DNA of 64,000 nt from Lytechinus pictus (Eukaryota). The stretch spans positions 26,970,001 to 27,034,000 of the forward strand of contig NC_087245.1 of assembly GCF_037042905.1 (NCBI RefSeq), read 5' to 3'. Each line of letters starts with the position of its first letter. Position 1 is the stretch's first letter. Of the stretch, positions 37,701 through 50,800 are shown in pieces. The position numbers and the translations under genes were made by a program. Below the pieces are notes generated by a model. It was not told the DNA's origin, made no database searches, and saw only the letters and a list, made by a program, of their open reading frames with translations.

Positions 37701-40700
37701 TAGTGCGTGTCACTCAAATCCTTTTTGACTAAACCCTTTTTTTTCAGATTGTGAATATCCTAGATTATATTTCAATAGAAATCTGCTATCAATCCCTTAC
37801 AGTATATCTCCAGTGATAAAAACTAAAAAAGTATGCTTTAATTACATAGTTGTATAATAATTCTGTTTCTCCTGTTTTTGTTCTCTTTTTTTTTCAATGT
37901 CAGCAAGTCGAGAGATTTCTTCTGAGACATCGCTTGAAAGGACAACGGTTGCTGAACAACTTACTTTCCCTGCAACCTTACAGTTTTCATTTAATCTCGA
38001 GGCTGACCTGTTGTACCTGATATTGAGTCGCTCAGATGGGTCTAGTTATACGATAAGTAAATAGATTCAGTCACTTATGTATACTGACATTAGTTTGGAA
38101 ATTTGCTCCTGCTCTCCTTTCTGAGCGGATGTAGGCCTGTAATCTGAACTCGGGTTAAATTCAAGCTCTGGTCCAAAGTTGTAGTTTGACTATGGAGACC
38201 CAAATGTGACACAAATATTTAATAATACAGGTTTGATTCATCTGCTCATTTGAAATTGAAATCATTCATAACTATTTGGGTATGATAACTTATAATTACT
38301 AATACCATGACCTAAGTTCAAAGAGAATTCAGACTATGGGCCATAGGGTTAGGCATTGGTGGTGCTTCAAGGGGGCAGGGGAGATGGTCCTTTTTTTTCT
38401 TCAAGTAATGAACAAAAGATGAATAAGAAAAAAAACTACTTTAGTTTAAAAAGAGATGAATCGAAGAAAACAGAAGGATACGAGGTTATGGCCAAGTGAC
38501 TCTATATAATACTCTATATAATACTTTTATTTAATAATGAAGAACAATATTGACATTAATTTGGGGTCATATATCCCCTTTCCATAATACCAGAATAAGA
38601 GTTGCAACTATGAGGAATGAAATTAGGGTTATCATCAGGGCGATTATGAATCATTAATAATGTAGAAAACATAACATGCTATCTGTTTAAATAATGAAAT
38701 CTCTACAATTATTTCACCCCCCCCCCCCAAAAAAAAAAATAATAATTACAAAGCTTCTCACCATTCCACTCTCTTGACACTAAGGCATGCATCAGGTCTT
38801 TTTTCTGGGACACATTGTATAAGAAACGTTATGGAGATAAACATCTAGCAATATTCAATCTACACAAGATAAGAATGTCACATTTTCTAATTAAAATAAA
38901 TCTTTATATAACTTTGGTCATGGTAAAAATATTTAAGTAAACACAGGGTTAGTCATTTGTACTTGGATCATCTTCAATCATTTTTTTTTATTATATTCAT
39001 GTTTTCTCTTAAATGCTTTTTATTCTCTGTTTCATATATCTGCAGAAATGAGTACAAAGCCGACAGATTCATCTGTTATTATCACTGGGAGTGATGAAAT
39101 CCTCGCCAAGTCACCAAGCGAACCTTTCCTCCTGTGGGGCAATGACATTCCCATACAAAACAACCTCATAGTTACGGTTGAAAAAACCAATGTGGTAGTT
39201 AGCAATATGGCTACCGATTTGACTATGACAGCTGCTATATCAGAAGCCCATTTGTACAATCACATCGACATCAGGACGGAAGGAGGTGGTATTCAGGATT
39301 TCAGCGAGGAAGAAGTCGAAGGTAGGTAGAACGTTTCAAGCAGGGACAGATTGAGGATTTCAGAATAAGAAGGGCACAAAAATCTTGTTTTTTGTAAAAT
39401 CACCCAGTCAACCAATATAGGGGAAATAGCTGTTACTCATAATCCATCACTTTTATTCTATCCAAGAAGTAGAGAAGGGACAGGTTGGTCTTTCATAAAG
39501 ATGTTCATAAGTTAGAAATGAGTGAGCACAAAGTGGTGAGAGTTTTTTTTTAGTAAGTGATATGTCCCTACTTCGCTGACTGAGCATCTCAGACATTTAG
39601 AAGTTGTATTTAAATTGTGCATTACCTGAGAAGAATGATAATAATGTATGTGATGCAAAAGAAGTTGAATAAACAGGAAATTCCATTTCAGTAAATGTGT
39701 GTAATACGTTGACCTAAAATTTTGCACAAAAATTACCCAAATGGATTTCATTTTTTAATGATTGAAACTAAGTTTATTGATTATGGGAGGATGTGTGCTT
39801 ATGCAGAAAATCCATGCATTCCTTTCTGGCAAAGTGATGTTCTGACATTCTATTCGGTGGGTAGCCTATAATAGGGTAGCTCTGAAATTATAAATAATTT
39901 TAACAGTTAGTTTAAAATTGCTGTAGGAAAATTGATGATGATTATCCTTTGTTATACACTAAGCCAACTTGAAGAACTTGTCAAACATTTTTCATTTAAA
40001 AAAAATTAATTTATTCCTTTGCCATAGAACCACCAGCAACAGAGTCACCAGCTGAAGAAACTGAGGCACCAGCAACAGATCCACCACCTGCAGAGACTGA
40101 GGCACCAGCAACAGAGCCACCAGCTGAAGAAACTGATGCACCAGCAACAGAGCCACCACCTGCAGAAACTGAGGCACCAGCAACAGAGCCACCACTTGCA
40201 GAGACTGAGGCACCAGCAACAGAGCCACCAGCTGAAGAAACTGATGCACCAGCGACAGAGCCACCACCTGCAGAAACTGAGGCACCAGCAACAGAGCCAC
40301 CACCTGCAGAGACTGAGGCACCAGCAACAGAGCCACCACCTGCAGAGACTGAGGCACCAGCAACAGAGCCACCACCTGCAGAGACTGAGGCACCAGCCAC
40401 AGAGCCACCACCTGCAGAGACTGAGGCACCAGCCACAGAGCCACCACCTGCAGAGACTGAGGCACCAGCCACAGAGCCACCAGCTGAGGAAACTGAGGCA
40501 CCAGCCACAGAGCCACCACCTGCAGAGACTGAGGCACCAGCAACAGAGCCACCACCTGCAGAGACTGAGGCACCAGCAACAGAGCCACCACCTGCAGAGA
40601 CTGAGGCACCAGCAACAGAGCCACCACCTGCAGAGACTGAGGCACCAGCAACAGAGCCACCACCTGCAGAGACTGAGGCACCAGCCACAGAGCCACCAGC

Positions 40701-42278
40701 TGAGGAAACTGAGGCACCAGCAACAGAGCCACCACCTGCAGAGACTGAGGCACCAGCAACAGAGCCACCACCTGCAGAGACTGAGGCACCAGCAACAGAG
40801 CCACCACCTGCAGAGACTGAGGCACCAGCAACAGAGCCACCACCTGCAGAGACTGAGGCACCAGCAACAGAGCCACCACCTGCAGAAACTGAGGCACCAG
40901 CAACAGAGCCACCACCTGCAGAAACTGAGGCACCAGCAACAGAGCCACCAGCTGAAGAAACTGATGCACCAGCAACAGAGCCACCAGCTGAAGAAACTGA
41001 GGCACCACCAACACAGCCACCAGCTGAAGAAACTGAGGCACCAGCAACAGAGCCACCACCTGCAGAGACTGAGGCATCACCAACACAGCCACCAGCTGGA
41101 GAAACTGAGGCACCAGAACCGGATGAAGGAACAAGGGGAGACAGTCCCGTGGTAGAATTACCAAGGAATCGGGGAAATAGAATCATACAAGAAGGTAATG
41201 ACCAATCAACACAAGGATCATCTTTGAAACCATCTCAAGTTCCCCCAGTCATCGAAACAATTCAAAACACTGGATCTACTGACGAATCAGGTATATTAAC
41301 TTCTTATACAACATATTGCTTTATAAGAATATCATTACGTGCATATGAAAATATTAAAAATCAGGGCATTTTCTGATTTTAAAAAATCCACTTTGTCAAA
41401 CCATATTCAATCTGAATTTCTGAATTATGTTTTTTAGGCTTAAAGATATTTCACATGGATGGAATTATCATTAAGTGCATGTGATAATACTAAAAAACTT
41501 AACATTTTTCTGGTTAAAAAAAATCACTTTGCCTATATTCATTGTGAATTGTTATGTTTTTTAGTCTTGAAGATATTTCACATGGATTGAGTTATGTTTC
41601 CATGATGAAAAGGATAATACATGAGTATTTTTATATTTTTGCCTCTTTCTAATTTTATTTACTACATATCCATAAAAGGTATCTTGTGTTCTGCAATGTC
41701 AGTTCTAGTACTAGTAGAGCTAGGAGCGGGAACAGTACAGTAGTAGTAGAAGAAGTAATAGAGTACTGAACTGTGACATCATCAATTTTCACTTTTTGCA
41801 TATCATCGTTTTTTATACCATATTTTCGTAGAGCATGATGAAAAACCCCTACAACCCAAATTTGGTAGGAATCGGTCCGTGGGGTCCCAAGATATGACCT
41901 CATGAATACATAATTATACCAATTGAAGTCAATGCATGATAGGCTTGGTTCCTAACATTTAGAACCAGGCCAATAATACACCGACTTCAATGGGACTAAT
42001 GTATTCACGAGGTTATATCTAAGGCCCCCATGGAACAATTCCCTCCAAAGTTTGGTAGTGGGGTCATCATGTTCTACCAAAATATAGTATCAAGATGCTG
42101 AAATGCTAAAAAAGTTTTTGTGACATCATCACTTTGGTACTCTATAGTAGTAGTAGTAGTAGTAGTAATAGTAGTAGTAGTAGTAGTAGCATATTAGTTG
42201 TACTACAAGTAGTAGTATTAGTAGTATTAGTAGTACTAGTGGTAGTAGTAGTAATAATAGTAGTAATAGTAGTAGTAA

Positions 42279-42337
<59 letters not shown>

Positions 42338-45300
42338 CTAGTAGTAGTAGCAGTAGTAATATATTATTTGTTGAACTACAAGGAGTACATGTAGAATTAC
42401 AAATAAGATAAATAGCAATGGTCATCATCAACATTGTCATATGAAGTATTAAGAAAAGGATGAGGAGGCTATAAAAAGAATGATGAGAGGATGTGGTGCT
42501 GGTGATGGTGGTGGTGATGTTGGTGGTGGTAGTGGAATTATCTGTTGATCTTGTTGTTGCATCAGACTCACTGGGATCTTTTATTCATTTCACGCAGATG
42601 TAAAAGAGACAGTTGTCCCTGAAGTCGCAGAGCCTGGTAAGTCAAGTTATGCTAAAATTTTACCCCATATCCCCAGGATGAGTATATCATACCTATCTTG
42701 GTTCTGTAACACAAAGCTTAGCGATTAATTGTATGCTTGATGTTTGTGATTGATTGTCCATTCATTGTAGTCAGTGCAATTATGTTACAGGCTCCAGAGG
42801 ATATACACCCTGGGCAATGGAAACCTATACCCGACACGGGTCTTTCCAACTGACAAGATTCATACTGGCTATAAAGTGCTCACTACTATCAAGATCCTAC
42901 CATGGTCAAAATTAGGTTCTATCCCCAACATATCCCACAACTGTACACTTCTTTCAAAAACTTCTCAAGAAATAAACTGCGCTTATATGTATGCTCATTG
43001 TAATATTAAATGATATGTCATTAACTTTGCCCTTCATAATGATAATGTTGCTGAATATATTTAAACAGGAATCATATTTTGTAGGGTGTTTTTATCCATC
43101 ATATCTACATGTAAACATATATATTTCATATTAGTTTTGTATACATGTTTTTTACCTCTGTAAAATTTTTTTTCAACAAATTTGCATTATTTTACATAGC
43201 CTCCACTTCTTTTTCTTCTCTCCATTATATAGCTGTGAAACCATTCAATGAAGAGCCTGGTAAGTTCTATGACCATATTCAATAAGGTTTCTAGCAAAAA
43301 AAAGTGCTGGGACAAGTTCTACAAATGCGAAATACACCCATTAAATATCCAACAATGGACAGCGGACTCTTCCAATATATTCATGATTAGTAACTTCTTT
43401 GGTTGTCATATAAACTTTGGAGTTTAAGTCCAATCTGAGGATTACTTAATGGACATGAAATTGATGAAATTCATGAAATTTGAAACCACAAGGCCAATTT
43501 AAAGAAATTTAAAGCTGCTACAGGACAATAAGAAACACTGAAGGACGATGGGAGATATACGGTTTTTTTACTGAAATATAAAAAATAACAAGATATTGAT
43601 CTTTATCAAGCTTTGGTTTTGATATTATTGATTATCATTTACCGTAATCATTACTATTTATGATTGTAGGTTGCTTGTTTAAATTGCTGTTCATTCATTT
43701 TTGGCCCGCAAATCTGACTGTACCAGGAGCCATTTCATAAAGCTGTTCGTAAGTTAAGAGTGACTTTAAGAATGACCGGTAATCCCTTTTTTGTGGTAAA
43801 TAATATTCACCATTAAATGTTAATTTGTGATTATTTAGCGCATAAGAAAGGTTCACCAGTCGTTCTTAATGTCACTCTTAACTTACAAACAGCTTTATGA
43901 AACACTCACCAGGGCCTATGTTTGATTAAACAACTATAGGCATCTATATTTGATTAATTTGTGTACCTGAAAAACTATTCAAGAAGAGATAAAGTTTTCA
44001 CTTATTATTCTGTCTTCCCCCTGTTAGACGAGTCGGGTATAATACAAACTCAACCTTCTGGTGATGCCCAGTTCTTTGACCAGTCTTTGGATATTGATCG
44101 TCTATTACAGCTTCAGTTTGATTTCAGCGTGACCATACCAAAAGGTTTCTCAATCCTTTTGACACAAGAACAATTCCTTCATGGAGATTATTATTCAATC
44201 GGTGAGAATATATCTTTTTCTCTTAAGTACTAGTTCTCAAGATTATTTGACAAACATTTATTTCATACTAGCATCTTGAGCATGTCTGAACATTTTGTCA
44301 TCCATACAAGAACAAAAAGGTGATTTTTTTTCTATTTAGACTTTCATAAATGTTCCACTTTCCTAAATTTCTAAATATGAAAATATTTGCTGTAAAATGT
44401 GTTCGACTTGGGATGCTTGCCCCCCCCTAAAAAAATAAGAAAAGAAACTCTTTTTTTTCTTTCCTTTAAAAAAAAATTAATAGTATTCTTCATCTGACAT
44501 GAGACTGTATTGGGATGCAAATGGGTATGTTGAGAGTTGATCATAAGTTGTCATGGAATACTTTGTGAAAATTGTAACTCCTACCAAATATACACAACAA
44601 AAAAAGTAAGTCCCCCCTAAATCAAATTACTGTAACTTTTGAATGGAATAATTTCAAAATATGAAATTTCGTAGGTGGTTTTCTACACTCATTATGCAAC
44701 TCCTGAAGAAAAATGAGATTCATTGATTTAGTCATGCATGAGAAATCAAAGATTGAATTAAAAATTACCATTTTTGAAAGTCACAAGAGTCGATTTCAGA
44801 TTGTGTAAATACAAAGTTGGGCAAATGTTGTTTTTAGGTGAATTTCATGGTGTTAATGCTGTTTTACTGTCCATCATTTAGCCACTTCACACAAAATTTT
44901 GATATCGTATGTTTATGGTTGAGTGAGCACAATGTTTTGTGACGTATTATCATAGGGGTTTATGGCAGTATCCCCTATACAACTTATTAAACATGTTAAA
45001 ATTGGAAAATGTTGGTGGCTCCCCCAATTACTCGGCCCCTCCCCAATTTAAAATTCTGGATCCACCACTGATTTGTCCATAAATTCAACTGATCCTGAGA
45101 AATTGCTAGGAAAATAATGCATTTATGCAGTATAAAGAGTATTCATTCCCAAGTTTTCGAATGTGCTCGCTCAACCATGAAAATGTAAAAAGTTCAGAAA
45201 GTGTGTGGTGATAAAACTGATGGATGATAAAAACAACAGCAATTAAGTCACATTTGAAACCGAATTTGCCCCCATTATTCGCTTAATTAACCCCTTAAAA

Positions 45301-47789
45301 TGAGTCTGTGACATTGAAAATGCCTCTTTTCCCACTTTGATGCATGCTCACTCATCCATGAATAAACATATCGATTTCATTTTTGCACAGAATTCTGCCC
45401 ATAGGTTGATAAACATAACTGTCAAATGACATTGCTAACGACAGCCTTGAAAAAAAGTTCCACCATATTGAATAAGGGGTCACTTATTCTTAAACATATG
45501 AACCCAAAGTGTACACAATGTCTATGAGAGAGGAAGTCAAAATTTTAACAAAAATGAAATGAGGGTTTGTTTCATGGACGGATTTTGTTACTTCTGCCAA
45601 CAATTTTTTTCATGAAACTTCGCACATAGCTTTAGATTTACACTATCCAAAAGGCGCGCACACCAAAATAGTCATTCGATATGGCACAGAGTGGGGCCAA
45701 GGCCTTAAACTTTCTTCTCATTTGCATAATTTTCGAATATTATGTGCTCACTGAAGCATTAGACATCGGGATTTTCATAAAAATCAAATCAAATGAACTA
45801 TGCAAGGTTTGTGACAGACATCCATAGTTAGCAATTGCATTTTTTCCAATACCATAAAAAAGAGCTAATTGCATTCCACATGTTCATTCAAGCATGAATG
45901 TTTAATTAAACTTATTTGAATCATTGAAACATGTTAATTGGTCATGAACATAACAAAAAAAATTGAGAAAAGATCATTTCAGTTACCAAAATGAAACAAT
46001 ACTTGCCTATGATATTTGAAATTCGTATTTTTTGCTTTCATTAAATGTTCATTGGTTCGTGAAACAATGAATATTGTTGAAGATACTCTTCCCAAAAATA
46101 ATTGTCATCATATTCGATCATTTTTATCGATAGAAATGTGTAAAAAAATCAAATTATAGCAAATTTTAACTTGTGTTGATTCAACCGTGAAATTTAGCAA
46201 AAACATTGTATCGTATTTTAGAAAGTACCTTTTACAAGCCTTCTGACTATTTTTCATGAGAATGTGGAATTCGTTCTAATAAAGTGGAATCAAAATCATG
46301 ATATTTGGCTTGTGACTTTTGAAAAGTGACAATTTTGCCTTCTGGCGGTGCTCACTGAAGCATGACATAAAATACGTCCATAACATTTACTCAGAGGGTA
46401 GCTTATAAAATTACCTACACGCTCATGTAAAAATATATCGAAAACTCGCATTGGTTCGTAAATTATGGATGTTTGTTTAAGGGGGACTTACTTTTTTGTT
46501 GTGTATATCTTACTAAATTTGGACTACAGGTACCTGCAAACACTGATGGACTGATTGTGGGGTTTGTTTTTTCTTGGTCTTATTTTAAATAATTACTGAT
46601 TTAACAGGGATTAAATTGTTTATTTCATTTTATCGTTTCATGCTCTATGTCAGGCATAACTGAAGGAAATGAATTCATGGTTATGCGATGTAACACAGAA
46701 ACTAACCAATGCGATTCCCTCTACGCCGGACCAATTGAACAAATTGTAAGTGAACTTATATCAAATTAATTTCACCCAAATTAATGATGAATATCTGCCG
46801 TTTGTACTTTTCGTCAACTTTAGTTTACCTCCTGCCTTCCTAGCCTTTTCAGAGAGCCCTATATTTCTCCCTATTCTAAATTCATTTATTTTAATCTTTC
46901 CACTAATAGTTGTGCTTAGAGATTTTTGTTCTATTTCTGTATAGTGTATATCATATCAGGATTTTTGTGTTCAAATGTAATTTGATTCATGTTTCCTCCA
47001 CATTATCTTTGAAAATTGCATGTAGATAATTGAACTTGTTTCGACATGAGAATATACAGTTATCTATGACCTGACATTGATCATTTGTGGAGGCATATTT
47101 GCAACATTTTGATTTGAAAATCAGGAATTGAGGACAGCTGTGCAGGACATAGCGGCATGCAAATCAATTTATGAATATATGGAATTTAAATAATTTGAAT
47201 TAATTGATAATAAGCATATATCCATGTATGTATATATTACATGTCAGGTAATTTCTTAAGAAAAGGTATTGGGACTGTGAGTCATCCATGCCTAATATAT
47301 CATGGTTTTCTCCTGTCCCCCTGCCACACCATGAAGGGTTTATATATCCTTCTCAGGATATGCACTATTATTAAAGTTGCTTTCTTGATCTGTTCTTTTT
47401 AAGGGCGAGGTGCTAGGAGCATATATATTCACTCTGAAGATTCAGAAGACATTCGATGACAAGGATGACCATGACGGAGCATACTCCTACAAATTCACAT
47501 TGCTTTATGGAGGAGCTGTGGTCGGACAGGAGGTGGTGGTCGAGTATCCAGATACTTTCTATATCAGGTACATTGGATGCACTTCTGAAGGGTACTTGGC
47601 GACATGGAAGATCTTCTCAATTGTATCACCTGGTACGTTTCAGTTGGTCATGCTCACTTTATTTTGAAAAAAGGTAGTTAGAATTTGATGATATTGGCAA
47701 TGAGAGAGAAGCAGAAAGAGCCATTCCTACACAAGGGCACTGACTGCTGCTGATAAAGTTCCAGAGGAAAATCATTAATATGTGTAAAG

Positions 47790-47836
<47 letters not shown>

Positions 47837-50800
47837 TATGTGTGTGTGTGTTCGTGTATGGGTAGTGTGTGTGGGTAGGTGGGTGAGTGTGTGGGTGTGT
47901 GTATTTGGATGAGGTTGTATGTATTAGGGCAAGATTATGTGTGAATGCATGTGTGGGGGTGGGATGAGTGTGCATTATTATGCGTTAGAAAGAGAATACA
48001 TCAGATTAATCATCGTTAATGCAAGAAATTAACCCCACTGAGTACCGTAGATAATGTATTTCATATATGCGCTAAACGACAACCTGCAACTCGATGAAGT
48101 GATTGTTTAAAAGAGTATTTTACAATATTTCCGAATTTTGATGTTTGCAATTGTCAGAATGTTCCCAGTGGAGTAGATCATGTGCATTCATGAGTCACAT
48201 GACCTTCTTCCACATTTGATACAGGTACTACTCAGAGGTCGTCTTCAATCATTCTTCGGGATATTGATGATTCTTGCAGTCTGGAAGTGGATGTGTTTGA
48301 TCGCGAGCTGGTATTCAGTGTAGAAGCAGAAGAATTGCTCTACATTCATCTGTACACCAGCAACGGCATGTACATACTCCGTAAGTTGAATGTTGTCGAA
48401 TTCCTCTTTCACTTCCTCCTAATCTTCTCCTTCTTCCTCCTTCATCATCACATTTTTCCTTTTCCTTTTCTTCTTCTTCCTTCGCCAAAGATATGTTGTT
48501 TTGACTGAGACATTGTTGTATAGGCCTATACTTCCCATTGGCACTGATAAGTGGACCCCATAAATATGCAGCAAATTGTCTCTCATTTCCTTGGATTCTC
48601 CAAGCCCGTCACTAGCTTATTTCTTGAAGGAGAGACTTTTCTTAATGTTCAAGGAAGAAGAATTGTCAGAGGGAACAAAGTCTTACCAAGATGGGTTAGG
48701 TGCCCTCACCTTCCAATGGAAACACTCCAGAAGTAGGATACAGATTATCAGGGTACAACTTTATTTCTGTGATGACCGGCCAGATCCTTCATTTCAAAAA
48801 ACTTTTTTTTATTATCTAACTGATCTCTTTGATTTTTATCCAATTCAATTGATGAATAAGTTGCACATTCTATGAACTACTACATGGAAGACCAAATCTG
48901 GCAAAGTACTTTATTGTAGATTCTCAGTTCCCTGTGATTGTTTCTTTATATGTCATGGTACTGCATGGAACTCTTCACTCCTTTCCACGGTACCCCATGC
49001 TACTCTACATGTATGCTGCTTTCCATGGTACTTTCACAGTTTTCTATGATACTTTCAGAGTACTCCATGTTACTCTCACAGTTATCTATGCTCCCATAGA
49101 ACTCCATGGTACTTCATGGAACTCAGTACTACTTTCCATGGTACAACATGGTATTCCATGGTACTTTCACAGTTTTCTATGATACTTTCAGAGTACTCCA
49201 TGTTACTCTCACAGTTATCTATGCTCCCATAGAACTCCATGGTACTTCATGGAACTCAGTACTACTTTCCATGGTACAACATGGAATTCCATGGTACTTT
49301 CACAGTTTTCTATGATACTTTCAGAGTACTCCATGATACTCTCACAGTTATCTATGCTCCCATAGAACTCCATGGTACTTCATGGAACTCAATACTACTT
49401 TCCATGGTACCACATGGTATTCCACGGTACTTTCACAGCTTTCTATGATACTTTCATAGTACTCTAAGGTGTTTCCATGGTTCTCTCTCATACCCTAAAT
49501 GTTCTTTCTGAAACTACCCCAGGTGTTGGAGACAACAGCAACGAATACGTTACAGGATCCCTCGGTGAGGCAACGTCTCCTGGCGATGCCTCTCGTCGGG
49601 TTCAAGAAGGTGTGCTGAGTCTTTCAGGCAAGCAGTACTACCTATCCTGGAGAAACAGCAGGATTAAGTTTGGAGAATCAGCAGAGGACAGCGAAGCGAT
49701 GCTAGACTGGGTCATTGGGGAGGAGATCTCGGTGTCCAAGCTAGAGTTTGTTGCTAAGGTGGACAGCGTGTATCTTATTCACACCTACAAATACTTCTAT
49801 TTATATGGTTAGTAGAACTTAAATGATGTAATATAATTGTATTGATGACACCTGATAAGGTTGCTAGATTTGCGTTAATGTATTACTCTAACCTGTAATT
49901 TAACTGAAGTTTACATTTCAGCACCCGCATATTGTTTATTTAACGTTGGAAAAGAATTATGATTTATTTTTCATATAATGCTTAAGTTTATATAAAGTAA
50001 AATGGATGTCATCATTTTCTCTTGTTTCTCCTAACTATATGTATCAACATGTGTACCTCTTTATGTTTTGTGTGAAATACGAACGAAATAGCACAAAAAA
50101 CGATCCAGAAATAACTTTTTACTTTTGTGATATACTGTATATACAGTATGCTGGCAGGAATATAATGATAAATTCAATGCTTTTGAGTTTTGTCTCAAGC
50201 CTATTACATCTTTTTCTAAAACCTATAGCCAATGTTCTGCAATGGACCCATGACCGCATCCGAGCAACATCCCTTACTTTCTTCCGGCTTCGATATGAGC
50301 GAGGTGCACCATTCGTAGACCTCAAGATCAAAGCTTCAGGTACTGTCTTGATTGCACTTGCCACAGACCAGGCGCACCCAGAGTCAAGCATGAGTTTGAT
50401 ACGTAAGTTGACAGGAGATTACCGGAATTACCTTGGACTCTTTACTTAATATGATTGTGTTGAGTGATATATTTTGTTCTAAAATATTTCATTTGTATCA
50501 TTACCGATCATTGACTTGTATGTTGATAATTGAAGAGGAGGATCATGAATAAAATTATCGAAATCACATTGTCAGATGGCCATTTCAACGAAAAAAAAAT
50601 CATTCCTACGGCCTGTTTCACCGAGAACTTGCAATCATTTGAGCTTTGCCATTTAAGATAACTGACATGGCAAAAGAGCTCAGCAGCTGATCAAAGTCAA
50701 AGTTTCCACTGTAGATATACTGTCAAAGTTACGATAATTAGAAATCTTCACGAAGCAGACCCTAGGAATAATAACCTTTAGACAGAAAATATGTATGACT

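Noticed and set aside
39992-41186. Long ORFs 39992-41164(-), 40011-41186(-) and the His/Gln-rich 40136-41155(+)
   Set aside because: Shadow frames of the 36-bp repeat. Only the EPPPAETEAPAT frame fits the flanking phase-1 splice sites.
42129-42440. Poly-Leu/Tyr and poly-Ser/Val ORFs
   Set aside because: Translations of the (TAG)n microsatellite.
48158-48224. Upstream acceptor for domain 7 exon a
   Set aside because: It gives an in-frame TGA. The acceptor at 48224 gives an open 156-nt exon matching the paralog size.
48934-49448. Three similar ~70-80 aa ORFs
   Set aside because: Products of the 133-bp intronic tandem repeat.
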